In this document: in pieces, positions 49,456-58,972 of the stretch
Position numbering within the stretch: position 1 is the first letter of the stretch
How the letters are laid out: the number at the start of each line of letters is the position of its first letter
Source: Candidatus Poribacteria bacterium
GTDB taxonomy: Bacteria > Poribacteria > WGA-4E > PCPOR2b
Assembly (NCBI GenBank): GCA_965218095.1
Contig: OZ244587.1
Location: 5,632,001-5,696,000, forward strand
Length of the DNA: 64,000 bases
Direction: 5' to 3'
The notes under the pieces: generated by a model
What the model was told of the DNA's origin: nothing
The model's database searches: none
The model's input: only the letters and a program-made list of their open reading frames with translations
Program-made: the position numbers and the translations under genes

Positions 49456-50724
49456 ATGTCCAGCGAAAGTGTTCTCACTCAGCCGGCACAGCCGCCGGTA
49501 GACATTGTTGACCCTATCCGCGATTTTGTGAAGGAAGGAATTGATTTACAGGATGGTCTTCTTGAGACCGGATCTGATCCCTTCTGGAAGGAGTTGTGCG
49601 CCCTTGGTTCTGAACTTTGGCTAGATACCGGGGATATCGAGGCTGCCACAGCCTTATGGACTGATGAGTTCACAGCCCTGACAACCAACAACACCCTGCT
49701 CAATGTCGAAGTGCAAAAGGGAATTTACGATGATTTGATTCAAAAGGCTGCGAGCGTGCTTTCCGGGTTGGATAGTCAAACGCAGATCATTGAGATTGCG
49801 TTTATCTTGAATGCTCGGCATGGGCTTCGTTTAGCTCAACGTTTTGGCGGCCGGGTGAGCGTGGAACTTCATACGGATCTCGCTCATGATATTGAGAGAA
49901 GTGTATCTTATGGCCATCGTTATTATGACATTTGTCCGGAACACTTTATCATCAAAGTCCCTCTGACCCCCTCCGGACTGATTGCTATGCGCCGACTGCG
50001 CGAAGCGGGGATACCGGTAAACTTCACCTTGGGCTTCAGTGCCCGGCATAACTACATAGCGACCTCGTTTGGTGCTCCCTCTTATGTCAATGTCTTCCTG
50101 GGCCGGCTCAATGCTTACATCGCCGATCACCAATTGGGTAACGGCAGGCTGGTTGGAGAAAAGGCTGCCCTTGCGAGTCAACACGCGGTTAAAAGCCTTT
50201 CTGGGAGAAACCAGGAACCGACTCGACAGATTGCGGCGAGTCTGAGAGAGGCTGGACAGCTTCTGTATTTAGCTGGCATTGATGCCCTCACCATGCCCGT
50301 CAATGTTGCCGCAACAGCCAGGGAGGAGCTCTCCGGAGAATGGGAAGATAGTGTTGAAAACAATTATACGATTAATCTCAACGACGATGTTAACGAATCA
50401 GATCTTCGGGTGCACACACTTTGGGAAGTTTCCGAGTCCGAAGGTCAATTTGCCGACAGCCTAACAACCGATGTTCCCCAAACAGCGCAGGAAATAGTAG
50501 ATCGCGCGCATAAATTCGGCGCCAGCGATCTGTTCCCCAGGATGTCCGATGCAGACCTCGCGCGAATCACCGCTGACGGTAAACTACCGAAGCATGAAGT
50601 TTGGGCGGATCGGATTAAGGCAGGTGAACTCGCCATTGACACCCTTTTGAACCTTGGTGGGTTGGCATCGTTCGCGAGCGATCAAAAGGCGCTTGACGAC
50701 CGCATCCGCAGGCTGATTGCATAG
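49456..50724 (+). CDS. transaldolase family protein (extended)
   Basis: LWLDT, LTTNNTL, VSVE, IIKVP (Schiff-base Lys), VNFTLGFS, FLGRL, AASLR. Confidence 0.8.
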   Translation: MSSESVLTQPAQPPVDIVDPIRDFVKEGIDLQDGLLETGSDPFWKELCALGSELWLDTGDIEAATALWTDEFTALTTNNTLLNVEVQKGIYDDLIQKAASVLSGLDSQTQIIEIAFILNARHGLRLAQRFGGRVSVELHTDLAHDIERSVSYGHRYYDICPEHFIIKVPLTPSGLIAMRRLREAGIPVNFTLGFSARHNYIATSFGAPSYVNVFLGRLNAYIADHQLGNGRLVGEKAALASQHAVKSLSGRNQEPTRQIAASLREAGQLLYLAGIDALTMPVNVAATAREELSGEWEDSVENNYTINLNDDVNESDLRVHTLWEVSESEGQFADSLTTDVPQTAQEIVDRAHKFGASDLFPRMSDADLARITADGKLPKHEVWADRIKAGELAIDTLLNLGGLASFASDQKALDDRIRRLIA

Positions 50725-50735
50725 CCACTGAAACC

Positions 50736-51560
50736 TTGAATCTGTGGAAACTCGACCTTAAAGAAATCACCCCCGGACAGAGTACAGACATCGAAAGAGC
50801 TTTGAGACAACTCGCTCGGTTAAAATTTGATCTCATCATCGGGGTCGGTTTTCTCTTTCAAGAACCGATGAGTCGAGTCGCTGCCGAATTTCCAAACGCA
50901 AGGTTTGCAATCGTCGATGTCGAAGCCGAGGGGCAGAATGTTGCCTCGCTGATTTTCAAAGCGCATGAGGGCGCCTACCTTGTCGGCGCAATTGCTGCGC
51001 TGAAAACGGAGATGAATAAGATTGGATTTATCGGTGGGATGAATATCCCGCTGTTGCATAGCTTTGAGGCGGGCTATCGCACTGGCGCAAAGGCGATTGC
51101 CCCGGAGGTTGAAGTGTTTGTTGATTACGCGGGCGTTACGCCCCAAGCCTTCAGCGACCCCGCTAAAGGGAAAGAACTCGGGCTGGGGCAGTACAACAAA
51201 GGTGTGGATGTAATCATGGCGGGGGCAGGTGCAACGAGTCTGGGCATCCTTGAAGCCGCGAAAAAAGAGAAGAAATACATCATCTGGGCAGATGCAAATG
51301 GGAATCACCTCGCGCCGGGGCTTGTCCTGACGAGCATGATCAAGGGTGTCGGGTTGTCAGTGTACCAAACAATCGAGAGCGTCGTTGAGGGAAAATTTAC
51401 CGGTGGAACAAAGGTATACGGTCTGAAGGAGGGTGGTATTGAATACATTGTCGATGACAACAATCGGGAGTTGTTTTCTGAGGGGATCTTGAAGCGCGTT
51501 GAAAGACTCGAACAGAAAATTATCAACGAAGAGATTGTTGTGCCGTCGGAAAGAAAATAA
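50736..51560 (+). CDS. BMP family ABC substrate-binding protein, apparently 5'-truncated
   Basis: EGAYLVG, IGFIGG, FSDPAKG, TSMIK; no signal peptide/lipobox or N-terminal DxSFN region. Confidence 0.75.
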   Translation: MNLWKLDLKEITPGQSTDIERALRQLARLKFDLIIGVGFLFQEPMSRVAAEFPNARFAIVDVEAEGQNVASLIFKAHEGAYLVGAIAALKTEMNKIGFIGGMNIPLLHSFEAGYRTGAKAIAPEVEVFVDYAGVTPQAFSDPAKGKELGLGQYNKGVDVIMAGAGATSLGILEAAKKEKKYIIWADANGNHLAPGLVLTSMIKGVGLSVYQTIESVVEGKFTGGTKVYGLKEGGIEYIVDDNNRELFSEGILKRVERLEQKIINEEIVVPSERK

Positions 51561-51596
51561 AGTGAGGAAATTTAGGAGGAGGATACGGAGGAAACC

Positions 51597-51833
51597 ATGT
51601 ACGAGTCATCTATTGCACAACACTTCGCAGAAAGAGGTATTCAACAGGGACGTATTCTTTCTGTTCTGGAACGCATCGAGAAGCGATTTACCCATGGCGA
51701 CGCAGATCGAATCAGACCACAACTCGAATCGATTCAAGATCTAGATCTCTTGCGACAGATCTTTGATCAAGCCATTGATGCCAAAACTTTCGATGAATTC
51801 CAGCACGGATTGAATGTCCTGATCTCGTCATGA
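51597..51833 (+). CDS. standalone Rpn C-terminal-domain-like small protein
   Basis: MYESSIAQHFAERGIQQG..IEKRF..LESIQDLDLLRQIFDQAIDAKTFDEF; RBS GGAGG. Confidence 0.6.
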   Translation: MYESSIAQHFAERGIQQGRILSVLERIEKRFTHGDADRIRPQLESIQDLDLLRQIFDQAIDAKTFDEFQHGLNVLISS

Positions 51834-53395
51834 CAACTTCACCACTCATCAAAATGCGCGGCATCACCAAACGCTTTGGGCAAGTCGTTGCCAACGACCA
51901 GGCGGACTTCTCCCTCCAAAGTGGGGAGATCCACGCAATCGTTGGGGAAAACGGCGCCGGTAAATCAACACTGATGAAGATTCTCTACGGGCTCTATCAA
52001 CCTGACGAGGGGAAGCTCTTTTTCCGCGATCAGCCCCTTCGCATTGACACCCCCCGAACCGCAATTAAACTCGGCATCGGTATGGTGCAGCAGCACTTCA
52101 CACTCATCCCCACATTGACAGCCCTCGAAAATATTGTTCTCGCAAAAGAGCCATGTCGATTTAAAATTCTTCTCGACACTGCGAAAGCGCATCATACCAT
52201 CACGGCGCTTGCCGAACAACTGGGTTTTAACCTCAACCTCAATGCAAAGGTGGAATCTCTTCCAATTGGGGGACAACAGTACGCGGAAATCCTCAAAGCC
52301 CTTTATCATGGTGCGGAGATCTTGATTCTCGATGAGCCGACAGCAGTGCTTGCGCCGCAGGAGGTCGTCGGGTTATTTGATTGTCTGCGTGGGTTGAAGA
52401 AGGAGGGGAAAAGTGTCATCCTGATTACTCACAAGCTCCGCGAAGTGATGGATATTGCGGATACAATCACGGTGATGCGTCGTGGCAGGTCGGTAGCGTC
52501 ACTCCCAAAAGTGGAGACGGATCTCGCTGCACTATCCGAATTGATGATTGGACAAAAACCTTTCAAAGGTTCCAAACCTTTCAAAGGCTCAAACAGATCC
52601 AAGCAACCCTTGTTATGTTTGCAAGATGTCACGCTCCATGCCAGGAACGGACGCACGTTAGTAGATCAGATCGAACTCCAGGTTTTCGGTGGAGAAATTG
52701 TGGGCATCGCCGGGGTGGAAGGAAACGGACAAAGCGAGTTAATCGAGGTGCTGACAGGGCTGCGCAAGATCGATAGCGGCACAATCACGCTGAATGGTGA
52801 ACCGATTGCGAACCAATCAGCGGTTGAAATCCGCCGGAGGCGTGTAGTACATCTTCCCGCCGATTGCCATCGTCACGGCATCAGCCTCACAGATCGGATT
52901 GATGAAAACCTGATCCTCGGACGCCACAATCAACCCCCGTTTTGCCGACACGGGCTGTTGCAACGGAAAGCCATCCAGCGATTTGCAAGCGATACGATTG
53001 AGAAGTACGAAATCCGAACTGGGGGCGTTAATCTCCCGATTTTCACTCTCTCCGGTGGAAATCAACAGAAGGTGGTCGCAGCACGCGAGTTGGAAAGCAA
53101 TCCGAAATTAATCATCGCGGCACACCCGACGCGCGGGTTGGACATCAACGCCGCCCGGTTCGTGCATCAGCGACTGATCGACGCCCGCAATCGATCCAAG
53201 GGAATTCTGCTGATTTCCGCGGATCTGGAAGAGGTCTTGAACTTGAGTGACCGGATTGCTGTGATGTACGGCGGTCGAATTGTCGGTGTCCTGCGCCCAT
53301 CCGAGACGGACGAAGCGCAGCTTGGGGCGTTGATGCTTGGAACGGAGAAGTCGTACAGGTCTCCAGACTTGCAAGCAATTAGAGTTGAAGTGTGA
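51830..53395 (+). CDS. nucleoside/sugar ABC transporter ATP-binding protein (two NBDs)
   Basis: GENGAGKS, LDEPT, GVEGNGQ, LSGGNQQK, PTRGLD. Confidence 0.92.
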   Translation: MTTSPLIKMRGITKRFGQVVANDQADFSLQSGEIHAIVGENGAGKSTLMKILYGLYQPDEGKLFFRDQPLRIDTPRTAIKLGIGMVQQHFTLIPTLTALENIVLAKEPCRFKILLDTAKAHHTITALAEQLGFNLNLNAKVESLPIGGQQYAEILKALYHGAEILILDEPTAVLAPQEVVGLFDCLRGLKKEGKSVILITHKLREVMDIADTITVMRRGRSVASLPKVETDLAALSELMIGQKPFKGSKPFKGSNRSKQPLLCLQDVTLHARNGRTLVDQIELQVFGGEIVGIAGVEGNGQSELIEVLTGLRKIDSGTITLNGEPIANQSAVEIRRRRVVHLPADCHRHGISLTDRIDENLILGRHNQPPFCRHGLLQRKAIQRFASDTIEKYEIRTGGVNLPIFTLSGGNQQKVVAARELESNPKLIIAAHPTRGLDINAARFVHQRLIDARNRSKGILLISADLEEVLNLSDRIAVMYGGRIVGVLRPSETDEAQLGALMLGTEKSYRSPDLQAIRVEV

Positions 53396-53530
53396 GAAGG
53401 GAACGATCTAATCTGCGAATTAAGCTGAAGGACATCCTATTGTTGTTCACGTTTCACGCATCACGGGTCACGCAATTTGAGTTTTCCCTTCAAACATGAG
53501 CGAACCACCAAAGGATAGGAGTATAAATCT

Positions 53531-54709
53531 ATGAGATTTTTCGATAAAGTGGAAATGGCGCCCGCCGACCCCATCCTGGGAATCAATGCGGCTTTCAAAG
53601 CAGATCCAAGGCCAAACAAAGTCAATCTCAGCATCGGTGCATACAAGACCGATGACCTCCAGCCGCTGGTTCTCCCGGCTGTCAGAAAGGCAGAGCAGAG
53701 AATCGTCGCTGATAATCTGGACAAGGAATACCTGCCGCAGGACGGCAACCCGGAATACGTGAAGCACTCTATCAAGCTGGTATTCGGAACAGACATAGAT
53801 GGCATCTTCGGGGCACAGGTGCCCGGCGGGACCGCTGGCGTTAGAATTGCTAGTGAGTTTCTCGTCCAAATTGGAAGCCAAGTCATCTACATCCCTGATC
53901 CGACATGGGCAAACCACAACCAGGTTTTCACAAGGGCTGGCTTGGAGGTTGCGTCATATCCATACTACGACGCAGATCGGAAGGAATTTACCAGAGCGCA
54001 GATGATTAAAGCCATTAAGTCTATGCCAAGCGGAAGCCCGATTCTACTGCATGCCTGCTGCCACAACCCGACGGGCATCGATCCAAACCCAGAGGATTGG
54101 AAGGAACTCTCGACTGTAATCAAGGCGCAGGGTTTGCTCCCGGTATTTGACTTTGCCTATCAAGGCTTCGGTCAAGGCGTTGCGGAAGACGCGATGGCAG
54201 TACGCCATTTCCTATCCGAAGGACATCAGATGCTCGTGGCAAACTCCTATTCTAAGAACTTTGGGCTTTACGGCGAAAGGACGGGCGGCTTCTATGCTGT
54301 CACTGGCGATACGGAATCCGTCAAAAAAGTCCGTTCCCAGGTCATGCGAATTATCCGCGCCAATTATTCCAACCCACCTGTCCACGGCTCGCGTATCGTT
54401 GCAACGGTTCTCGCATCGGAAACGCTCCGGCAGGAATGGGAGGCAGCGCTCGCCGGTATGCGGAATCGAACATCCGGTATGCGCAAGGCATTGGCTGACA
54501 GCTTAAAAGCAGGCGGGAGCCGTATGGACTTTAGCTTCATGTACGGACAAAAGGGTATGTTTTCCTATTCTGGGCTGTCCAAAGCACACGTGGATCGGCT
54601 GAGGGAAGTGTATGCCATCTACATGCCGAGTAATGGTCGCATCAATGTGGCGGGGCTTTCACCCAGGAACCTGGATTACATTGTTCAAGCTATCTTGGCG
54701 GTTCTCTGA
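53531..54709 (+). CDS. aspC: aspartate/aromatic amino acid aminotransferase
   Basis: PADPILG, CCHNPTG, DFAYQGF, SYSKNFGLYGER, GRINVAG. Confidence 0.9.
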   Translation: MRFFDKVEMAPADPILGINAAFKADPRPNKVNLSIGAYKTDDLQPLVLPAVRKAEQRIVADNLDKEYLPQDGNPEYVKHSIKLVFGTDIDGIFGAQVPGGTAGVRIASEFLVQIGSQVIYIPDPTWANHNQVFTRAGLEVASYPYYDADRKEFTRAQMIKAIKSMPSGSPILLHACCHNPTGIDPNPEDWKELSTVIKAQGLLPVFDFAYQGFGQGVAEDAMAVRHFLSEGHQMLVANSYSKNFGLYGERTGGFYAVTGDTESVKKVRSQVMRIIRANYSNPPVHGSRIVATVLASETLRQEWEAALAGMRNRTSGMRKALADSLKAGGSRMDFSFMYGQKGMFSYSGLSKAHVDRLREVYAIYMPSNGRINVAGLSPRNLDYIVQAILAVL

Positions 54710-54813
54710 TCCATTCCAAGAGAGGCGATACAAAACAAGGGCAGATCTACATTAGACTTAATTGAAAATTTTCGTTGAAGTGAATGTGAAAATTGGAAAT
54801 CTCTGAGAAAATG

Positions 54814-55809
54814 GTAAACATGAGGGTAAACAATAGCACGGCTAAACTTGCCGTTGGCTCATTGATAGCAGAACCGGGGCAAAGAATCGAGGGACATCTG
54901 AAAGTGGGTAATATGCAGGATGGTACACCCGTTCGATTGCCGGTGATTTTAGTCAACGGTGCGCAGGGTGGGAAGACGCTCTACCTGCAATCGGTGAGTG
55001 ATGGCGATGAGTTGAATGGGATTGCCGTCATCCACGAAATTTTACGCAAGATTTGTCCCGACAGCTTGCGAGGCAGGGTGATCGCAGTCCCGATTGTGAA
55101 TTTCCACGCATTTCACGCGAAACAAGCCCATAGCCCCGTTGATAACATGAAAATGAATCGATGCTTCCCGGGACGCCCCGATGGGACATCAAGTGAGCGA
55201 ATCGCTTATAAATTATTCCATACCGCCATCCGCCAGGCGAATTACTGCATTGACCTGCATCAAGGTGGAGTCCACCCCATGATCGATGAGGTCCGTATAC
55301 GTGTTGATGCAAAACACTCCCAACATGCGTCGTGCCTTGAGTTAGCTCGTTTTTTTGGGATGGGTTACATTGTCGATCAGAAGGGGCCAAAGGGTCAACT
55401 GGCTCAAGCTGCTCCAGAGATTGGTATTCCAACGATCGATCCGGAGTTAGGCGGGTGTCACGGTTGGGACACCGCTAGTATCGCAAAAGGTGTGCAGGGT
55501 GTGCTGAACGTGCTTAAATACTACGGCTTTATCGACGGCGAACCGGAATTGTCCCAACAACAGGTTATTATCAACCGGTTCGTCTCACTTTTCAGCAATC
55601 AAGGTGGTTTTGTGTACTACAAAGCGAACCTGTATGATCGGGTTGAGGCATATCAACCGATTGCAGAAATTTGTGATGTTTTTGGTCATCCGCGAGAAAC
55701 GATCCGCGCATCCGAAAGTGGCATTTTCTGGTCGTGTTCCGCGTACCCGATGGTTGCTAGCGGTGAATCGATTGGGAAGATCGGTATCGCGTCTGAATAC
55801 ATTCAGTGA
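54814..55809 (+). CDS. succinylglutamate desuccinylase/aspartoacylase family protein
   Basis: DGDELNG, MNRCFPG, IDLH, PELGG. Confidence 0.82.
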   Translation, partial: VNMRVNNSTAKLAVGSLIAEPGQRIEGHLKVGNMQDGTPVRLPVILVNGAQGGKTLYLQSVSDGDELNGIAVIHEILRKICPDSLRGRVIAVPIVNFHAFHAKQAHSPVDNMKMNRCFPGRPDGTSSERIAYKLFHTAIRQANYCIDLHQGGVHPMIDEVRIRVDAKHSQHASCLELARFFGMGYIVDQKGPKGQLAQAAPEIGIPTIDPELGGCHGWDTASIAKGVQGVLNVLKYYGFIDGEPELSQQQVIINRFVSLFSNQGGFVYYKANLYDRVEAYQPIAEICDVFGHPRETIRASESGIFWSCSAYPMVASGESIGKIGIASEYIQ

Positions 55810-55818
55810 TGCTGAACC

Positions 55819-56778
55819 CTATAATTGAGCTAAAATTCCAACCCAATTTTTCCCACTTTGCGAGATTTCACTTCGTTCTCCCCCGATCCAATCGAGATCT
55901 TCACTTCCCTCGCCCCCGCTACGCGAGAGCAGGCTCTGCTGGCGGATTTCGAGGATTCGGAAGCCGTTTGTCCGCAATTGGCCTTCAACTTTCTGCGCCT
56001 CTGAAGCCATGATCCCCGATAGTATCAACTGACCGCCCGGTTTGAGGAATTGAAAGCATTGGGGAATCATTGGTAAGATGACTTTCGTGAGGATATTGGC
56101 GAGGATGAGAGGATATTTTCCATTAAGCACTTGCAGCCCATCGCCATGGTGTAGACGGACAATTGATTTCACTCCGTTGAGTTGAAGGTTGCGCTGGGCA
56201 ATTGGAATAGCTGATGCATCCAGATCAACGGCATCGACCCGCTTGGCTCCAAGCCTGGCGGCGGCGATCGCCAAAATCCCGGATCCTGCGCCAATATCGG
56301 CGACGACATCGGCACCTCTTATGGCTTCTTCCAGTAATTCTAGCGAAAGTTGCGTTGTTGGGTGCTGTCCGGTACCAAATGCCATGCCCGGATCCAATCG
56401 AATCAGTATCTCAGATGACTCAGGCGTAACATCATGCCATGTTGGCGCGATAAGCAGGCGTTTTCCGATTTTTTGGGGTGGGAAGGCGGAGCGCCACTGT
56501 TCTGACCAATTTTCGTCCTCAATGGATCTTAATGAAACCGTTGTGGGCTGCGTATCGATCCCCGCCTGAATTAGGCTCGCTAGAAATTCGCGCAGATTCT
56601 GGACTCGCTCGCCGACGCGGTCATCCATCGGGAAGTAGGAGATCAGTGTGACGGAGGGAGAATTTGAGGGGGGTTCGTCTCTTATTTCGATGCCGGTTGC
56701 ATCACGTTCAAAGAGATAGTTTGCAACAGCGTCTGATGCTTCTTGAGAGATTGTGATTGTTACCTGCGCCCATTTCAT
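55819..56778 (-). CDS. prmA: ribosomal protein L11 methyltransferase
   Basis: LDPGMAFGTGQHPTT, DIGAGSGILAI, LANIL, LSGI; downstream of dnaJ. Confidence 0.93.
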   Translation of the reverse strand: MKWAQVTITISQEASDAVANYLFERDATGIEIRDEPPSNSPSVTLISYFPMDDRVGERVQNLREFLASLIQAGIDTQPTTVSLRSIEDENWSEQWRSAFPPQKIGKRLLIAPTWHDVTPESSEILIRLDPGMAFGTGQHPTTQLSLELLEEAIRGADVVADIGAGSGILAIAAARLGAKRVDAVDLDASAIPIAQRNLQLNGVKSIVRLHHGDGLQVLNGKYPLILANILTKVILPMIPQCFQFLKPGGQLILSGIMASEAQKVEGQLRTNGFRILEIRQQSLLSRSGGEGSEDLDWIGGERSEISQSGKNWVGILAQL

Positions 56779-56851
56779 ATTTTGGTAAGTCGTCAGGGCA
56801 AAATAGAGAAGAATGGTGAAATAGATATGGAGCTTTACCCCTGGCAATTGT

Positions 56852-57491
56852 CTATATGCACAGCCTGCCTACTTTAACTGCCTCTATTCCGTAGAGCTGT
56901 TCTGGCAGATCTTCCACTAAGGCTTTCATTGCTGCTGTTTCATAATCCCGCACAAAATTATCAACGATGTCAGAAGAACTGAAAAGCCCATTGGTGTTCA
57001 GAAATTTATCCCATCTGGAAAAAGGGGCTGGATTCATGAAATATCCATCACAAAGCAGAGACCACCAACCTAATGCGGCAATATCATACCCAATCATAGA
57101 AGCCCAGGATGGGTCAATGTCTATCGTCCCCTTCAATCCGGCAAGTGTTTCTGAGTAGACAGTGATCAGTTCATTGAATGAACTGATACGATTGCTATAC
57201 CGTAGCAAGAGATATGCGTCTTCAGAACGCTGGCATAGTTCAATACTTGTAAAGTCTAAACAACTTTTTTGTATCGACTCATATATTTTTTGAATATCGA
57301 TTGGTAAATTACCGCTGTAATATCCTTCTCGTATATCAAACCATGGCATCCAATCGATTCCACTGTAATAGGTCTGCCCTACCTGTGACACTTTGGAGAC
57401 GTATGCCCCACAGCCAGAAGGAGGGTAGTTCTTTTCGGGTTTTCGAACGACCAAAAAAACCACAGACTTTTTCGGTATTGATGGTGCTCAT
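56852..57491 (-). CDS. putative immunity protein (possible frameshift in A7 tract, or GTG start at 57463)
   Basis: AT-rich ORF; ATG overlaps stop of upstream toxin-like fragment; IGYDI...LN.NGLF motif. Confidence 0.5.
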
Positions 57492-57767
57492 CTCGGTTTC
57501 ACTCCAGCATCTACGCGAACATGTACCCCGTCCTGCTCCTGGAATATGAATATGAGGTGGCCGGTTGGGATGCCCCAGCCAATTGGAACCTGGTTTTGCT
57601 CTAACCCCTGGATATTTGATTTCATCTGCCCAATCCAGAACTGTTTCTGCGTCATCAACACTCAGTGGTTTTCTGCCTCCATGTGTTGCTTCGTTGGCAA
57701 GCGTTTTGAGAACCCGTCGATCCGGAGTTATGCCTCCATTTCTTCTACAGATGGTTGTTGCAATCGT
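57488..57767 (-). pseudogene. orphan polymorphic-toxin C-terminal-like fragment
   Basis: No start codon; ..LANEATHGGRKPLSVDDAETVLDWADEIKYPG..PHIHIPGAGRG/HVRVDAGVKPR*. Confidence 0.5.
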
Positions 57768-57817
57768 TCAGCTTTTCGAGATTAATAGCTGTGGTTGCAC
57801 CGCTTTAGATCGGGAAT

Positions 57818-58960
57818 TTATTTATCTTTATCCTCGTCGCCACCATGGTGATGCCGATGGAAGAGTTTATCGAAAAAGCCATCGTGCTCTTCGCCTTCCC
57901 CTTCACCGCGTGCGTCTGCAAATGCTTCCAAGATCTCTTTTTCTCGTTCCGTCAGGTTTGTCGGTGTTTCGGTCCGGATTTCAACAATCAGATCCCCGGA
58001 ACCGTAGTGATTGTAATAAGGAACGCCTTTCTTGGGAATGCGTAATCTTGTGCCGAACTGTGTCCCAGCAGGGACTGTTAGCCGGGTTGTACCATCAATG
58101 GTCGGAACTTCAATTTCGGCGCCAAGGGCAGCTCGCGGGAAGGAGATTTTCGCTGCCGTAATTAGATCATTGCCTTCTCGAACAAAAAACTTGTGGGGAG
58201 CGACGTGAATCACAATGAAGAGATCGCCGGAGGGGCCGCCGTTGATACCCGCCTCGCCTTCGCCCCGCATTTGAATCTTAGACCCCGTGTCAATACCCTT
58301 GGGGATACTGACCTTTATCTGGCGAGTCCTCCGAACAAGCCCTTGACCACGGCATGTTTCACAAGGATTCGGGATAATTCTCCCTTCACCCTGACAACGC
58401 GGACAAGTGCGCGACATGCTGAAAAATCCCTGCGTCCGGGTAATTTGCCCACGTCCGAAACACTCCGGACAGGTTTCGAGTTTAGAGTCGGCTGCGGTGC
58501 CGCTCCCATGGCACGTTTCACAGGTCTCCAAGCGAGGAACATCAATGGTCACGGTTTTTCCAAGAATTACATCTTCTAAGGAGATCTCCAGGTCGTATTG
58601 CAAACTTCGACCACGTTTGGGGCCACTCTCCCTGCGGCGAGAGGACCCAAATCCGAAGAGATCCCCGAAGTCGCCGAAGATGTCTCCAACAATATCCTCA
58701 AAGTTGCCAAAACCACCTGTCCCCATCATTCCTTCTAGCCCTGCATGACCAAATCGATCATAACGGCCGCGCTTTTCAGGGTCGCGCAAAACTTCGTATG
58801 CTTCGGTCGCCTCTTTAAATTTCTCTTCGGCTTCTTTGTCACCGGGATTTTTATCAGGATGGTATCGAATTGCCAGCTTACGATAGGCTTTCTTAATCTC
58901 ATCTTCGCCTGAATTCCGGCTGACATTGAGCACTTCATAGTAGTCGCGTTTTTGCGCCAT
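57818..58960 (-). CDS. dnaJ: chaperone DnaJ
   Basis: HPD J-domain, four CxxCxGxG. Confidence 0.97.
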   Translation of the reverse strand: MAQKRDYYEVLNVSRNSGEDEIKKAYRKLAIRYHPDKNPGDKEAEEKFKEATEAYEVLRDPEKRGRYDRFGHAGLEGMMGTGGFGNFEDIVGDIFGDFGDLFGFGSSRRRESGPKRGRSLQYDLEISLEDVILGKTVTIDVPRLETCETCHGSGTAADSKLETCPECFGRGQITRTQGFFSMSRTCPRCQGEGRIIPNPCETCRGQGLVRRTRQIKVSIPKGIDTGSKIQMRGEGEAGINGGPSGDLFIVIHVAPHKFFVREGNDLITAAKISFPRAALGAEIEVPTIDGTTRLTVPAGTQFGTRLRIPKKGVPYYNHYGSGDLIVEIRTETPTNLTEREKEILEAFADARGEGEGEEHDGFFDKLFHRHHHGGDEDKDK

Positions 58961-58972
58961 GAGCCATTCCTC

